Shown here piece by piece: positions 24,449 to 37,618 of a DNA stretch of 64,000 nucleotides (position 1 is its first letter; every line of letters begins with the position of its first letter). The translations under genes were made by a program, and so were the position numbers. The DNA lies in assembly GCF_048593235.1 (NCBI RefSeq), contig NC_133620.1, forward strand, positions 5,581,123 through 5,645,122, written 5' to 3'. This stretch comes from Sminthopsis crassicaudata. Its lineage: Eukaryota. The notes below the pieces were generated by a model. It was not told the origin of the DNA, did not search any database, and saw nothing but the letters and a program-made list of their open reading frames with translations.

Positions 24449-27400
24449 TTGGAAGTTTTGCCAAAACATCATAGCTATCATTTACATAGTGCTTTGATGT
24501 TTACAAAACACTTTTGTGTTTGATCCAAGGATCTCATTAGGGAGGTCAAAAACAAAAATGTCCCATATCCAGCAAATGGGCCATTGACTAATGGCCAAGC
24601 AAATTGTATGGCACTGATTTAGTTGCATATTAATGTGCCATGAGAAATGATGACTATGAAGAATTTAGAGAGCCATGAGAAAGCACACAAACTAATACAA
24701 AAGCAAGCAGGAGCAGAAAAACCACATACATGCACACACATGTATAAACATGGACTACAATAATGCAAAGGGAAGAAATAAAAAGTAGTTTAAACTTAAA
24801 CATATATGTAGACTTACATTGTTAGTTTTTCAATGATTATAATTGAAGGAAATTTCTAGGATAAGTCAACTGTTCAATTGAAAAAAAAAAATATATATAT
24901 GTATATATATATTTTTTTTGAGAGCAAACTTCCTAATGCAGATGTTAAGTATTCATATATTTTATGTTTATCACTTATTGTGTACAAGCTACTTTACTAA
25001 GCTTTGAGGTAAATAAATCAGACCTGATTGCAGCCTTAAAGGAATGTAAACTGTAATGGGGGAAATGAGACCTATAATTATAAAAAGGATGTTGGGAAAA
25101 GGTACTGGGAAATAACTTCTGCCTGAAAAGGCCAGGGAAAGGTGTCATCTGAGATGGGCCTTGAAGTGAGAAAAGAATTGCAGTAGTATCTATTAAGATA
25201 AACAATTCTAGGAGGACATAATGATGGGAGCAAAGTCTCAGAGTTGGGAAACTATGAGAAGTATTTGTGAGGGTAATAAAGTGCAGGAGGAAAGCAAGCT
25301 GAAAAAGGCATTGGAGACCAGGGTGAAGAAGCCTGAGAATTCCTAGGTGAAAGGATTTTGGATTATTTGGGAGCTATTGGGAAACTATTCAAGATTTTTA
25401 AACAGTGGAGTGGTGTACTTTAATCTCTTCATCTGGTTGCAGATTAAAGGAAAGAGAAGCTAATAACATGAATTGATTAGGTAGGGGAGAGCATTTTTTA
25501 ATTGCCCTTCTTGTATCTAGATCTTATTGATCCTCACAATAACTGTGAGGTTGGAGTAGTAATAATAAAAAATAAACATTTACATAAAATTTGCTATTTG
25601 CCACACACTAGACTAAACATTTTACAATTATAATCTCATTTGATCTGCCTAATAGGGAGATTATTGTTTATTTCTTTTTTTGAATTGAGGAAACAGGTGG
25701 AGTGACATGTTCAGGATACACAGTTATTACATATCTGAAGTCAAATTTGAACTCAGTTCTTCCTGACACCAGGCCCGTTGCTCTATCCACTGATCCACTT
25801 AATTACATCTGTTATTTATTTATTTATTTTTAAACAGATTAGGAAGCTATTTTAATTGTCCATGCAAAAAGGGAAAACCATTTGAAGTAGAATTTGGGAG
25901 TTGTGAATGGTGGTGGTGAAAATCAGGGATGCATGATGACTAATTTGCTTTGCAAATGGATCATTTTGTAATTACAAATGCAGCTTTGATAATAATCACA
26001 TTAGGTTTCTGCAAAATTATTAAATTGGATGACTTGGGTCCAGTTCTAAGTTACGGAGAACATGTTATAAGTTTTATCAGACAACAAAAATCAGCACTTT
26101 GTAGAAAGGACAGTGACTGATCCTGACTTGTAATTAAATTGAAATTTACTTTTGTGATTTTAAAAACATGTTGCAACCAATTAAAGTCAACCGAAACAAC
26201 AACTAGCTGGCAGTTTGGCAAATGGATGAATTAGGACTTTGACTTTCTAGGTTGAATTCTCCTTGGATGAAGGACAGTGCTTCTCCATCCTCTCCTGCTT
26301 AGCTTGGTTTAGTCCACTGGCACACCTTGGTTTGTACAGCTGATTGGATGATTTTGTTTCTGTCAGTGTGTTGAAAACAAATCTTGGTAACATTTTTCTT
26401 AAGTCTTCATTGTATACAGAATGACCCTAACAACATTTCTGGCCACTTAAAAATGATTTGGTCTGCTGATAATTTGCATTTTCCCTCAGAAACACCTTTG
26501 ATAATTTTTTTATCATGGGTTCTGATGTTCCACATCCTTTGATGTAGATTCAGAGGAGGCAGTTTTGAGTTTTTTAAAGAAACTCAGTGTTTTCCTTAGG
26601 GAAATACATTCTCATTGTAGGGTAATTTTCTTATGTTCATGCTCATTGCTTCAGGTATTTGTTCTTGTCCTCGATTTCTTAGCATTGGGCATTTTAGAAT
26701 AATTGAAATGAGAAAGTGGCCTTATGGAGTTGTGCTTTTCCCTTAACACAAGATCAGGCTGCCCCAAAGGTTCAGTGAAGCCTGGGGACTCCCCGTGTGC
26801 AGCGCTTTGGCCTCTGAGGTGAGAATCCAAAGGTGGCTAAAAATAGTGCGGTCACCTTTGTACAGTTGCTTTAATGTGTGCCATGGGTTTGATCCACAGG
26901 GTCACAGCTTCCCTGGAAGGAGGAAGTATAGCAGCTATTATGACTTAGCGATCAGAAAATGGAGCTTCTCTCCTAGCTGGTGACTTCTTACAACTTTTCC
27001 CATAATACCCATGAGTATCTCTGTGTTTAGGTCATTAGGGTAGTTTTTAAAATATTTACATTTAAAAAAAATTTTTTTGAGGGAAAAGGTTTTAAAGAAT
27101 CAGAGACCATGGGATGCCAAAGAAGATGGAGATGAAAAACCTCCAAGAAGAGTGGCTCCCTGTGACCACCCAGAGTGTCAGAGACTTAGAGCTGGCAGGG
27201 TCATTGAGTCCAACCCTCGGCCTCCTACAGATGAGACGGGTTTTAGAAGCTGCTGCCAAAGTGTCTGAGGTGGGATTCAAACTCCCAGCCATCGGGATAC
27301 ACTTGAGTATTTTGGTATTTCTCCTTCCACCCAAGTTACAATAGGATATGGCATGATGTGTTCCAGGAAATTTTCCCTTAACTCTTCCCCCTCCTCCCCC

Positions 27401-28079
27401 CAGTCTGTATTCACGAGGGCACTAAATTGAGATTCCAGGCAGAGACTTGAGACCAGCTGCCCACCCACCCACCCTCCCTTTCTTGAACTCGGTTTCCTTC
27501 CATGTGCAGCAAGGAGAAGGAGGAGAAGACCTTGTAGTTCCTTTCCAGCTTTAGAACTCGGCTCCCCGTGTCACGTAGCTAGCATTAGAAGGCAAACTTG
27601 AGGCCAGATTTTCTGCTAGCGCTTCACAGAGAAAAACTGGACAGTCATTTTGTGACTTGGGATTCCCTTGTTTGTTAGAAGTGACTTAGATTCAAGTATT
27701 TCACGTTAAGAATCAAATCTCTACCTTGGTCAGGTCGCTCCCCATCTAACCTGGAATTACTCAGTGCCTTGTTGAGCTTGCGGAAATGGCTAGTGTCTCA
27801 TTTTCCTCATCCGGCAGCCTGCCGAGGACAAGAAAAGAATTCATTAGGTAAAGCGGGAGAATACCGAAGGAAGTGGGATTCTGAGATTCCCTCCTCAGAA
27901 GCTGACTGGAAAGGTAGGGGCTGTAGGGAAAAGTTTCCGAGAGGGCAGTGGTGGGCAGCTTCGGGGGCTTTCTGGAGCTTCTCCCTCGGGGCTCACGGAG
28001 GAGAGGCTGCCTCTTCTTTTCTGATCTGGAATAGAGCCAAAATAATGTTGGTTGGTTTTTATTGTGGCCCAAACGTTTG

Positions 28080-28950
28080 GCCCAGACCGGGGGAGAGACA
28101 GAGACAGAGACAGAGAGGGAGAGAGGGAGGGAGCGCAGCGAGAAGGCAGGGCAAGAGTTAATCCCGGAGGAGCGCGGCCCACAGCCCGGTCCCGGCCGGA
28201 GGCAGCCTGGGAAGTGACGTGCGGAGCCCTGGCTCTTCTAGAAGGTGCCGAGACACGTAGTATAAAATGGGAGGACCAGGAGAGAGGAGGTCTCTGTCTC
28301 GGAAGGAGCCGGAGGGAGGGAGGGAGGGAGCAGAGCAGGGAGGCGGCGGCTCCCCGTGGCCGGCACTGCCCAGCGAGCTCTCGGTTTCTTAGGGCCCTTC
28401 TGTCGCTAAGACTGCAGGTACATCTGTATCTTTTTTCTTACATAAAGGGAAATCTAAGTTCATTTCAAGACATTCGGAATGGGGAAAGACTATTATTCCA
28501 TTTTGGGGATTGAGAAAGGAGCTTCTGATGAAGAAATTAAGAAAGCATACCGCAAACAAGCCCTCCGATTCCATCCGGACAAGAACAAATCTCCTCAAGC
28601 AGAGGAAAAATTTAAAGAGGTGGCCGAAGCCTATGAAGTTCTGAGTGATCCTAAAAAGAGAGAGATCTATGATCAGTATGGGGAGGAGGGTAAGTGTCGT
28701 GTCTCTGTGGGGGCGGGGGGGGGGGACTGTCCGTCTGTCTGTCTGTCTCCCCTTCTGTCCTAGTTCCCCCGGGGCGCTGGGACCTCTGGGAGGAGGAGAG
28801 CGCGTCCTCGGGCCAGCATGACCGGAGCACGTCCGGCTTGATTGCTTGGGTTTGAATTGTCTGGTTGCTGAATGTGTCCTTTGAATAAGCGACATGGTTT
28901 TCGACGGCGCACGCACTTTCCATGATTCGACTTGGGATCTATTTTGGAAA
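28080..28950. promoter_or_regulatory. DNAJB4 proximal promoter / CpG island
   Basis: GGAAGTGACGT (ETS-CRE overlap) 28210-28220. HSE-like cTTCtaGAAggTGC 28235-28248. CACGTA (TACGTG on minus) 28254-28259. TATAAAA 28261-28267. Confidence 0.85.
28479..28689 (+). CDS. DNAJB4: DnaJ homolog subfamily B member 4, coding exon 1 (J domain with HPD)
   Basis: [37 protein letters not shown]... 211 nt, phase-1 donor G|GTAAGT at 28690. Confidence 0.98.
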
Positions 28951-30828
28951 AGAAACTTAAAACCGTTCCAGGCACTGAGTTCCAGAAGTTATGTCGGGCC
29001 CCTTTTGGAAATTGTTTTATTCGAGAGATGAGTAAATAGCCCATTGGTCTTTGGAGTCTTGTTTGACAATGAAAATCAGAAGGGTTTTTATGTCTTTCCT
29101 TTTTACTTTAAAAGCAAGTGATTCATCTCCTCCTAGACAAGAACCCTGGTGTATGGACTGACCGAGACAGAGCAGCCCCTAGGAGCAAGAGCTCAGGCAT
29201 CTAGTTTCTAGCTTGTTTTTGGCTTGGTGCCCGGAAAGGAAAGAATTTGCCTGATGTCATAAAATACCAGAACAAGTTTTTAGCCTAATTGTAAACAGCA
29301 ATCACGTGCCAAGAAAGTGAGGCCCCCGAAATGCAATTTTTTACCCTAAAATGGCCACCAGGTTAGAACACTGGTGAATTTAGCATAGAATCTTGGAGCT
29401 GAAAGACAACCTGAACATTTCAAACAAAATGATTGGTTCAGAATTTTAATATTGAACCAAAAGCATGCCGTTCTTCCCTGCCCTGGTTTTATGTAGATTG
29501 AGAGAGTAGATATTAGCCAGACTCAAGTTAATTTCCTCAGTTTGTCAAATTAGAATTTGTTTTCAAAGTTACTCTCCAGCTGCCTAATTTTGAAGAGGAA
29601 ACTTTTGAGAAGACTCTATTAATTGTAAAGAGAAAGCTTGCCCGGGGTCTCAATGAATAGATTTCCATAGTGTCTTTGGATCAGCGCTAAATCATTGTTT
29701 GAGGTCACCTTTGTTTTCATCTTGGTAGCCATAAGAGAGCTGTGGGGTTTCCACTTCCTGAGCCTGTCCCCTGGGCAGGGGCAACTGATAGTACTCATGC
29801 TATGCCCTGATAGAAGTTATCTTAGTTTAATTTTGCCATATAAATGCAGCTTTTTTTAATCTTTAAAATGCAAATACTCAGCTTGATGGAACGTTATACT
29901 TTTTCACTGGTTGTTTTTGTGAGTGGGATAGCTCATGTCAGATTCGTGCAGAACAAATATTGAAACAAGCTCATTAGTAAGCAGTTCAGTACTACACAAA
30001 GATACTACTTTTAAGAAAAAAGTAATTTGTCTTACAAGAGAATTTGACCAACCCAAATTTATAGCAAATAAAATGTTGTTTGAGAGGGTGTGAAAAATAA
30101 ATTTGACTAATTTTAAACTTTTGCCACAGTAAATAAACCATAGTCAGTCTACAAGCATCTTTTTTAAATGCCCACTCTGTCTTTAGCACTGAAGAGGCTA
30201 AGAAGGGCCTTACGAAAATGTATCCTTATAATGGGACACTAAACCAATTATACCTTTGGCTTGGTTGAACAACTTAAGGAGGTGACAGCATGGTTTAGTG
30301 GACAGAAGACCCAGGCAAGTCCTCTGCTACTTACTGCCTCCCAGACCTGGGCAAGTTGTTTAAATTCTCAGTGCCTGAAGACTATCTTTCACAGAAATGT
30401 CAGCCCTATTGGGAGGTTCCTCACCTGAGAGCTCCTTGGAATCAGGGTCTAGTCCCTATAGCTAACATTAAAGACCTCTTTTTAAAGCAGCAATTACTTT
30501 ATATTCTTATCATTGGCTTTGTGTCTAGCTATCATTCCAATTGCATATTTCTATAATCCTGTGCCTGCTGAGTGCCCAGCATTGTGTGCCTGAGCAGCTT
30601 TGGGGATAAGGACCCTTCCCAAGAGACACACTCAGAAACAGACCATCAGCTGCATGGAGTTACTGGGATCAGGGCTATGGAGAAAGCTTCTGGGCAATTG
30701 ACTTTTTAAAACTACAGAGCTGCAGCTGCTAGGAAAATGCCCATCACTGTTTCTATTTGGTATGTCTGTGTTTCTACCTGTGATGAATGGATATTCCCAA
30801 AATGAACCTTTTGGAAATCTTTGATGTG

Positions 30829-30960
30829 GGGGCAGCTAGGTGGCACAGTGTATGAAACACCAGTTGTGGAGTCGGGAGGGCCTGAGTTCAAATTCATCCT
30901 CAGATACTTGACACACAATTAGGACACTGGGCAAGTCATTTAACCCCAATTGCCTGCCTC
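30829..30960 (+). mobile_element. Older WSINE/SINE1-type copy in DNAJB4 intron 1
   Basis: GGGGCAGCTAGGTGGCACAGTG head and 'taaccccaattgcct' tail, more diverged than the other copies. Confidence 0.8.
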
Positions 30961-33339
30961 CCTCCCTCCCCCCAATCTATGATGTGTTAAGAATTCTGAA
31001 CCTTAGAAAAAGAGATGATTTAAACACAGTTAATATTTTATAAATTAAGCATTTATAATGAGACCTTTGAAGAAGAAGGCTATATCCTGAAAAAGAAATG
31101 TAGATTTCCTCTTCTGAAGATAGAAAATGATCAGATATCATCTACAGGAAACTTCACATAAGGTCCTTTGTGTTTTCTTTATTCAAATTTTTTATAAAAT
31201 GGTTTTATTTGTAAATATAATGCTGCTTTTTATGGTTTGCTAAGTTTTATTTAGATACTGAATAGTTGTGTTGGTATTAGTCCCTTTTTGCTTAGGCATG
31301 ATGATCTTTCCTACTTCTTTCTTTTCTACATCGTTAATGTCTTTACCTTATTTTGCCAAATGAATCTATTTCCCTAAAATTGCGAACAACTCAAATAACT
31401 TTGAATCCCCAAAGAAAACCTATTTACAAGAAGCTAACCTAATTCCCCTTGCCCTGACATTTATCCTTTTGGTAAGTCCAGATGTTTTTTTCCTATCAGG
31501 TACCATTTCCTCCAGGACTTTACTCCATCATTTATCTTCTGACTGCTTTCCTTTGCCTATGTTAGTCTTGCTCATATCTTCCCTATCTTCCTCCCTTCCC
31601 CAAACAAAAATCCAAAAAATCTTGTCTTGGCCTTTTTATTCCCTTAGGGTACCCTAGCTCTTTCTTTCAAAGCTAATCTAGAAAAATCAGAATTCTGCTC
31701 ACTATTCTCGAATTCTTACCGCTAGCTGTCTCCCTCTTAGCCCAAGGTATACCAACACAACACGTCTAGCACAACTCACCCCGCCTAGGGCACCATAACT
31801 TTCTCAGGAACCCAAGTTGGTAGCCTTGGCATTGGCCTGGACTTGTCCCTCATTGTCCCTAAGCCCTGACTGTCCTAATTCTTTGCTCTCCTCAGCACCT
31901 CTCACCTGGACAGTTCCCCTCACACTCACCTTCCATACAGCTTCCAAAAGGGTCATCCCAGAGTCCCCTCCATCACCCTAGTGTCTGACTAATGCTCAGA
32001 TAAGACGCAAACTCCTTATTTCTGGTCATTTAAAGTCTTTGATGACCAATGTTGTCATGTCTTTTGATTCTCTCTTTCTGGTACTCTAGTCCTTACATTC
32101 TATTCTCTGGCCAAATTGACCCATGTGCTGTTGGACGTAAACAACCTGGGCAGCTAGATGGAGCAGTGATTAGAGCATCAGAGCTGGAGTCAGGAAAACT
32201 TGAGGAAATAGACAACCTGCCATCTCTGACCTTTGGGCTTTTGCATTCCCCTTCCAATTCTAGCTGCTTCTTCATCCATTCTCTCTAGTCACATGTTCAT
32301 CCCCCAAATTCAGGTCAGCCTGATCTCTTGTCCAGGTTATTAAGTGATCCGGTGTGCCTTTTTTTGCTTTCCCCGTTGGTCTCCCTGCTAGCATCCAGGC
32401 TCTCATCTTGCCCATCCATCTGTCATAGAGCTGTCACAGTTTCTTGGCTAATTTATAGCCTTAACTAGGTCCCTTCCTTGTTCCAGTATACAGTGGAGCT
32501 TGATAGCCTTGAGGCTTCAGTACAGATTTCTGAGTGGAACTTCTGATCTCCTTTTACCATATTCCCTTCCATCCATTTATGTTTTCAGTTAGCTGTACAC
32601 ATCCTGCTTCTGCCCTGTAGAATCTGCTCCTCCCTTTTCAGTAATACCTTCTCTGATGTTCCTGGCCTTGATAGTAACATCTCCCTTCTCAGAATGTCTT
32701 GGAGCACTTTACCTCCTTTGCCCCCTCTCTTAAGAGCCTGGGTTTCAAGTCTAAAGAAAACCCCAATATTTTATAAGTGAGGAAACTGAGACCTACAGAT
32801 TCTTGGGGATTTCCATAAGGAACCCCAGGTAGCAAGCCAGGTGGTTGAGGTATATTCAAAACTCAGATCCTCTGCCTGCGTGCCTACAAGGAGACAGATG
32901 CTGTCCCTTTTTCATTAAGAAAGTCATAGATGCCAGCATGTAGCAGGTGCTAATTCCAAGGTCAGAGGGCTCAAAGGGATCCCATGGGACAACTCTGGAA
33001 GACTTTGCTGTGTCCTGCCTCTGCCAGGGTTTCGTCTGTATTAGGAAGAGCCGGGATGAATGACAGGACCAAGAGTAGTAGTGGGATCCCAAGTAGATGG
33101 AGAACTTCTTTTCTCAGGGCTTTGGTTTTCCACAGGAATGGCTCCCTGTGATAAGCATTCTTTTCCACACTATTTCTGTCTAATTTTCTTCCTCAAAGCC
33201 ATCATCCTACCGATCACATCTGGTAGCTTTTTGCATTTCAGTGAAATGGGAGCAATAGCCCCTGCATGACCTACTATGGGAAATTTGGCAAAATGATTTT
33301 AGATCTCTGGGATGAGGAAGTGAGATGACTGAAATTAAG

Positions 33340-33590
33340 ACATGACTCCAATTAAAAATACAGCTGGAACTAGAGTAGGAGATGGATTTCAGCTCAGGAT
33401 AAAAGAAAACTTCCTTCACATTTAGGGTTGTTCCAAAATGAACTAAGTTGTCCTAAAAGTTCCTTGTCACTAGAGGTCTTTGTGGGTGTGTGCATGTGTG
33501 GGTCGAGAAGTGGAAAGATAGGATGACCACTTTTTAGGGATACCATGGAGGGGTTCATCTCTTAGTAAAGTATTAGACCAGATCAGAGGC
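33340..33590 (+). mobile_element. L3/MIR3-like 3' remnant
   Basis: 'ttcagctcaggataaaagaaaacttcc...ccttgtcactagaggtctt' resembles the CR1/L3 3' end. Confidence 0.55.
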
Positions 33591-35308
33591 TCTTTATGAA
33601 TTTGGCAGTGGTCTAGAGAAGGCTTGGAGCACTTCATGGAGTCATGGTTTTAAATATAAAGAGAAATACTGAGAATTACAAAAGAAGCCAATTATATCAA
33701 CATTTTCAACAAGTTGTTGGACCTCAGATTCAGAATCCTTGGTTGAGATGGGTGTGTGGGTTCCTGGATTTCAGTATTGGTTTTGAGAGAGTCCTCTGAT
33801 TTTTGACTGGCGGGAAAAGATCCAAATGAACATTTTTTCATTAGACTCTTTATCTTTTAATCAATGGAGTTGTTGTCATAACTAGACATGGCCACTGCAA
33901 GTGGGAGTTGACTTACCTAGAAGATACCAACTCTCACACAGAGGGCATGACCAAACATAAGGTGAGGGGCACAAGACACTTGTATGGAAGATGAGAAAGC
34001 AATTGGGGGGAGGGACAAGCTGAGTTTCCCCAGTGATACTCATTGAGATGATCATCTTTTGTTGTGGTTTCTTCTATTAGCATGAAGCAAAAAATTTCAT
34101 TTTAAGGTTGGATGTAGCAGGTTATCTAGCCTGTTGGAGCTTTTAGCCCTGTCCCTAACATAATTTATTAAAATTTACTCATTTTTTTATATTTTATTTT
34201 GTAATATTTTTTATTGGGGAATATTCTTGAGACCCTTCCACAAGTTTAACCAAACAGAAGCACTGATTATCCTAGATTCCTCAAAGATCTTGTGACTTCC
34301 AACTTTCAGCTTTTAGTATGTTCTTTCTATAATTACACTGCCTCTTTCTTGGGCTATCTAGCCATCCAGCAGTGATTTGATGACAGTGAGGTGCCCTGAG
34401 GGCTGGGGATCCAACAGCAACATGTGTCCAGAGCCTCTGACACCTCTCTTTCAATAGACTAGGCTTGATTGAAGTGGCAATCTTAGAGTGATAACTCTTA
34501 AGATTAAATTCTGTAATTTAGAAATAGGATATTTTTCATTGAGGGACTTCATGATTAGATTTCTATCCTTTCCATACCTGGAAAGTCTTCCCTTTTTTTA
34601 TTCTTTACCAGTAAAGTGAGATTTTAGCTGGTAAAGAATGTTTGTTTGTTTTTTTAACAAGCTAGTTAAGTTTTCTTTAGGGTTATTAGCAATTACTTGC
34701 CAGTTAGTAACAAATACTAACCCTAACTCTAACCTTAAATGCACACAAAAAAGGCTCTGTCCTGAGGAATTTGTAGTCCTGTTGACTTGAAATTCATGGT
34801 CAAGTTAAAATCAGATTTCTGAATATTTGCTTATGGAAAGACCTCTGATTTTAAAAGTGACAAGTCAAAAGTCATCTCTGTAATGAGAAGTTTAAAATGC
34901 CATTTTTTCCCTTCTTGTTCACTATATCACTGCTCTTTAGGATTGTAAAACATTATCAAAGAACAACCCTAGAAAATTTTGGCCTAGAAAACAGACAAAA
35001 GTGGCACGGTCTTTTAAATTTTTAATTATAAGAAGTAATAAAGAGTCAGCCGTGGAATAGGAAGGCGTAATGTTTACCTCCTGCCCCTGACACATTAACC
35101 ATGGCCAAGTCCCTTAACCTGTCAGTGTTCCCAGGCAATTTGGTCCCTCGAACAGGGGAATCAGATGTGGACCCCTTCTTCTTCCCCTAAGTGAATACAG
35201 TCCTTGTTTCTTTTGAGTAGTTTATAGCTCAAGTGGGTTGAGAACTATGCATCTCTATTTTATGTCATAAGGATGTTGTGTCTCTAACATGTTGCTCATC
35301 TCATCTAG

Positions 35309-35877
35309 GCTTGAAAGGAGGAGCTGGTGGGACTGATGGACATGGAGGTACCTTCCGGTACACCTTTCATGGTGATCCTCATGCCACGTTTGCAGCATTT
35401 TTCGGTGGCGCCAATCCTTTTGAAGTCTTCTTTGGTAGAAGAATGGCTACTACTAGAGATGGTGAAGAAATGGAAGTAGATGGAGATCCTTTTAGTGCTT
35501 TTGGTTTCAGCATGAATGGGTATCCTAGGGAGAGGACCCCAGTGGGTGCAACTCGACCCAGGCAAGACCCCCCAGTTATCCATGAACTTAAAGTATCTCT
35601 TGAAGAAATCTATAATGGTTGTACCAAACGGATGAAGATTTCCCGAAAAAGGCTGAACCCTGATGGGAGAAGTGTTAGAACAGAGGACAAAATTCTCACC
35701 ATTGAAATAAAAAAAGGATGGAAAGAAGGAACAAAAATCACTTTTCCAAGGGAAGGAGATGAAATGCCCAATAGTATTCCAGCGGATATTGTTTTTGTCA
35801 TTAAAGATAAAGCGCATACACAATTTAAGAGGGATGGATCCAATATTATCTATCCTGTCCGAATCAGTTTACGAGAG
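35309..35877 (+). CDS. DNAJB4: DNAJB4 coding exon 2 (G/F region and C-terminal domain I)
   Basis: Acceptor catctag|GC and donor GAG|GTAAGT. The 569 nt keep frame with exon 1: GLKGGAGGTDG...PVRISLRE. Confidence 0.98.
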
Positions 35878-37384
35878 GTAAGTTATAAAACAGGATCTGA
35901 AACATTGACATTTAACCAATTTGTGCCACAAGAATCTAGGAAATGACTGTGGAAAATGCCCTAAGGCAAACCTGCTTTCCCCATCATAACTACCTTTGAG
36001 TATTCCCTAGGATTTGTCAGCATTACTAGCCATCAGTGGGCTGCTGACTTCCTTTCCCAGTTGTGCTGCTTGTGATTAAATATGTCCTGGTTCCCATCTC
36101 CTTTTCTCACAGGTATATTGGGAGAAGAGATGGTAGAGGGCACTGTAGGCATTATTTACTCTGATAAGGAAAGCTTTCAGGGCTTTCAGATTGTTTATCA
36201 TAGCATAGTTTAGTCAGGATTTACAACTTACTGTTTAAAGAAATAATTTTTTATCTGTTTTGTAATTTAAAAATTTCACTTGCAAGCCTTCTTTAAACCT
36301 TCAATCTTGTGTAAGAAGCCATACCAACAATCCTTTGCCAAATCTGTGGTTTTCTTTGTGCGGTCGGGCCTTCCCCTGATGTCGATTGCTGTCATTCTCC
36401 ATGGCTCACTGCTTTGCATTGCTGGCCCATGGCTTGAGTATTCCCAGAGAGATCCTGAGTAAGGGCAGCCTGGGGAAGAGGAGAAGCAGGTGACAGATTT
36501 TAAGGGCCAGTCTAGAACTTGAATGGCCATGTTCCCCGGGGGACTTCAGGGTCTTGGTCTGTGCCCTCTCCTTTTACCCCAACTCTTCTTTTGGTCATAA
36601 ATATCCGGAAAATGTCTTTCATACATTCAGACTGATGAAGAGTCTACCCCTGTGCATCATCCTTTGCCCTCTGGGTCAGCATCATCAGTGCATCTTTTAC
36701 CCAGCTCAGCATTTCCTTCTAGCATGTAAGGAAGAAGCCAGTATTGATAGATTACCTTGCTGGATCCAGCCTTTGTGTCATGGTCTGATAAGAGGTGTGT
36801 CAGAGCTGCCTCCAAGACTAGGTGATTGATAGGAAATTAGGAATTTCCTAGGAATTAGATAGGAAAATGGGAAAACCAATATTCTATTCAAGATTCTAGG
36901 TCCTTAAATGTTGATTTTGAATTTAAGCATTATGTGGATAACAGTAGAAAGGAAAATATGTAGTTTGAAATAGGGATGTCATTCCCTCTAAAGCATCATT
37001 TCCTAAACTGTCCAATGGACCTCCAAAGGGGAGAGGAAATGGGTAAGATGGCTCATAGGACTTTCCTTACATGGAAATGAAACTCTTCCCCCTCCCCCCT
37101 TCAAGGTTTTTCTGTATGTACATGGACCTCAGTTTAATAAAATCATTTTCTGCACTGATCAGGGGTGAGGCTTGATGCTGAAGAACAGGAACAATACAGT
37201 GGTCTCTGGTCTTATTGGGAGTTTGGGGTGAAAATGATGGTGGTTTCTGACAGGTGGTTGGTAGTTATAAGGTTTGCCTTAGTCACAATGGATATTTTGT
37301 AGTTGCCGTTTGCATTGAACTTAAAAAAGATAATGCAACAAGTTTCTACTTCCTGGCAAGTTGACTCTGTTGTTGGTCTTTTAG

Positions 37385-37618
37385 GCCTTGTGTGGCTGCT
37401 CCATCAATGTTCCCACAATGGAAGGAAGAACCATCCCCATGACGATAAATGAAGTTGTGAAGCCTGGAATGAGGAGAAGAATTATAGGCTATGGACTGCC
37501 CTTTCCAAAAAACCCTGACCAGCGGGGCGACCTGCTCATAGAGTTCGAGGTGAACTTCCCGGACACCCTGTCCTCGGCAACCAAAGAAATCCTCCGCAAG
37601 CATCTTCCCACCTCCTAG
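37385..37618 (+). CDS. DNAJB4: DNAJB4 coding exon 3 to stop
   Basis: Acceptor ttttag|GCC, then [11 protein letters not shown]...LRKHLPTS*. The spliced total is 211+569+234 = 1014 nt, or 337 aa plus stop. Confidence 0.98.
   Translation, partial: ALCGCSINVPTMEGRTIPMTINEVVKPGMRRRIIGYGLPFPKNPDQRGDLLIEFEVNFPDTLSSATKEILRKHLPTS

Noticed and set aside
28418-28447. Possible GT-AG intron inside the DNAJB4 5'UTR
   Set aside because: At 30 nt it is too short for normal spliceosomal removal. The AG is better viewed as an acceptor for upstream exons.
35278-35308. Alternative start and read-through tail of the 222-aa ORF around DNAJB4 exon 2
   Set aside because: The ORF ends extend into intron sequence beyond consensus splice sites, and the spliced product already gives the expected 337 aa.
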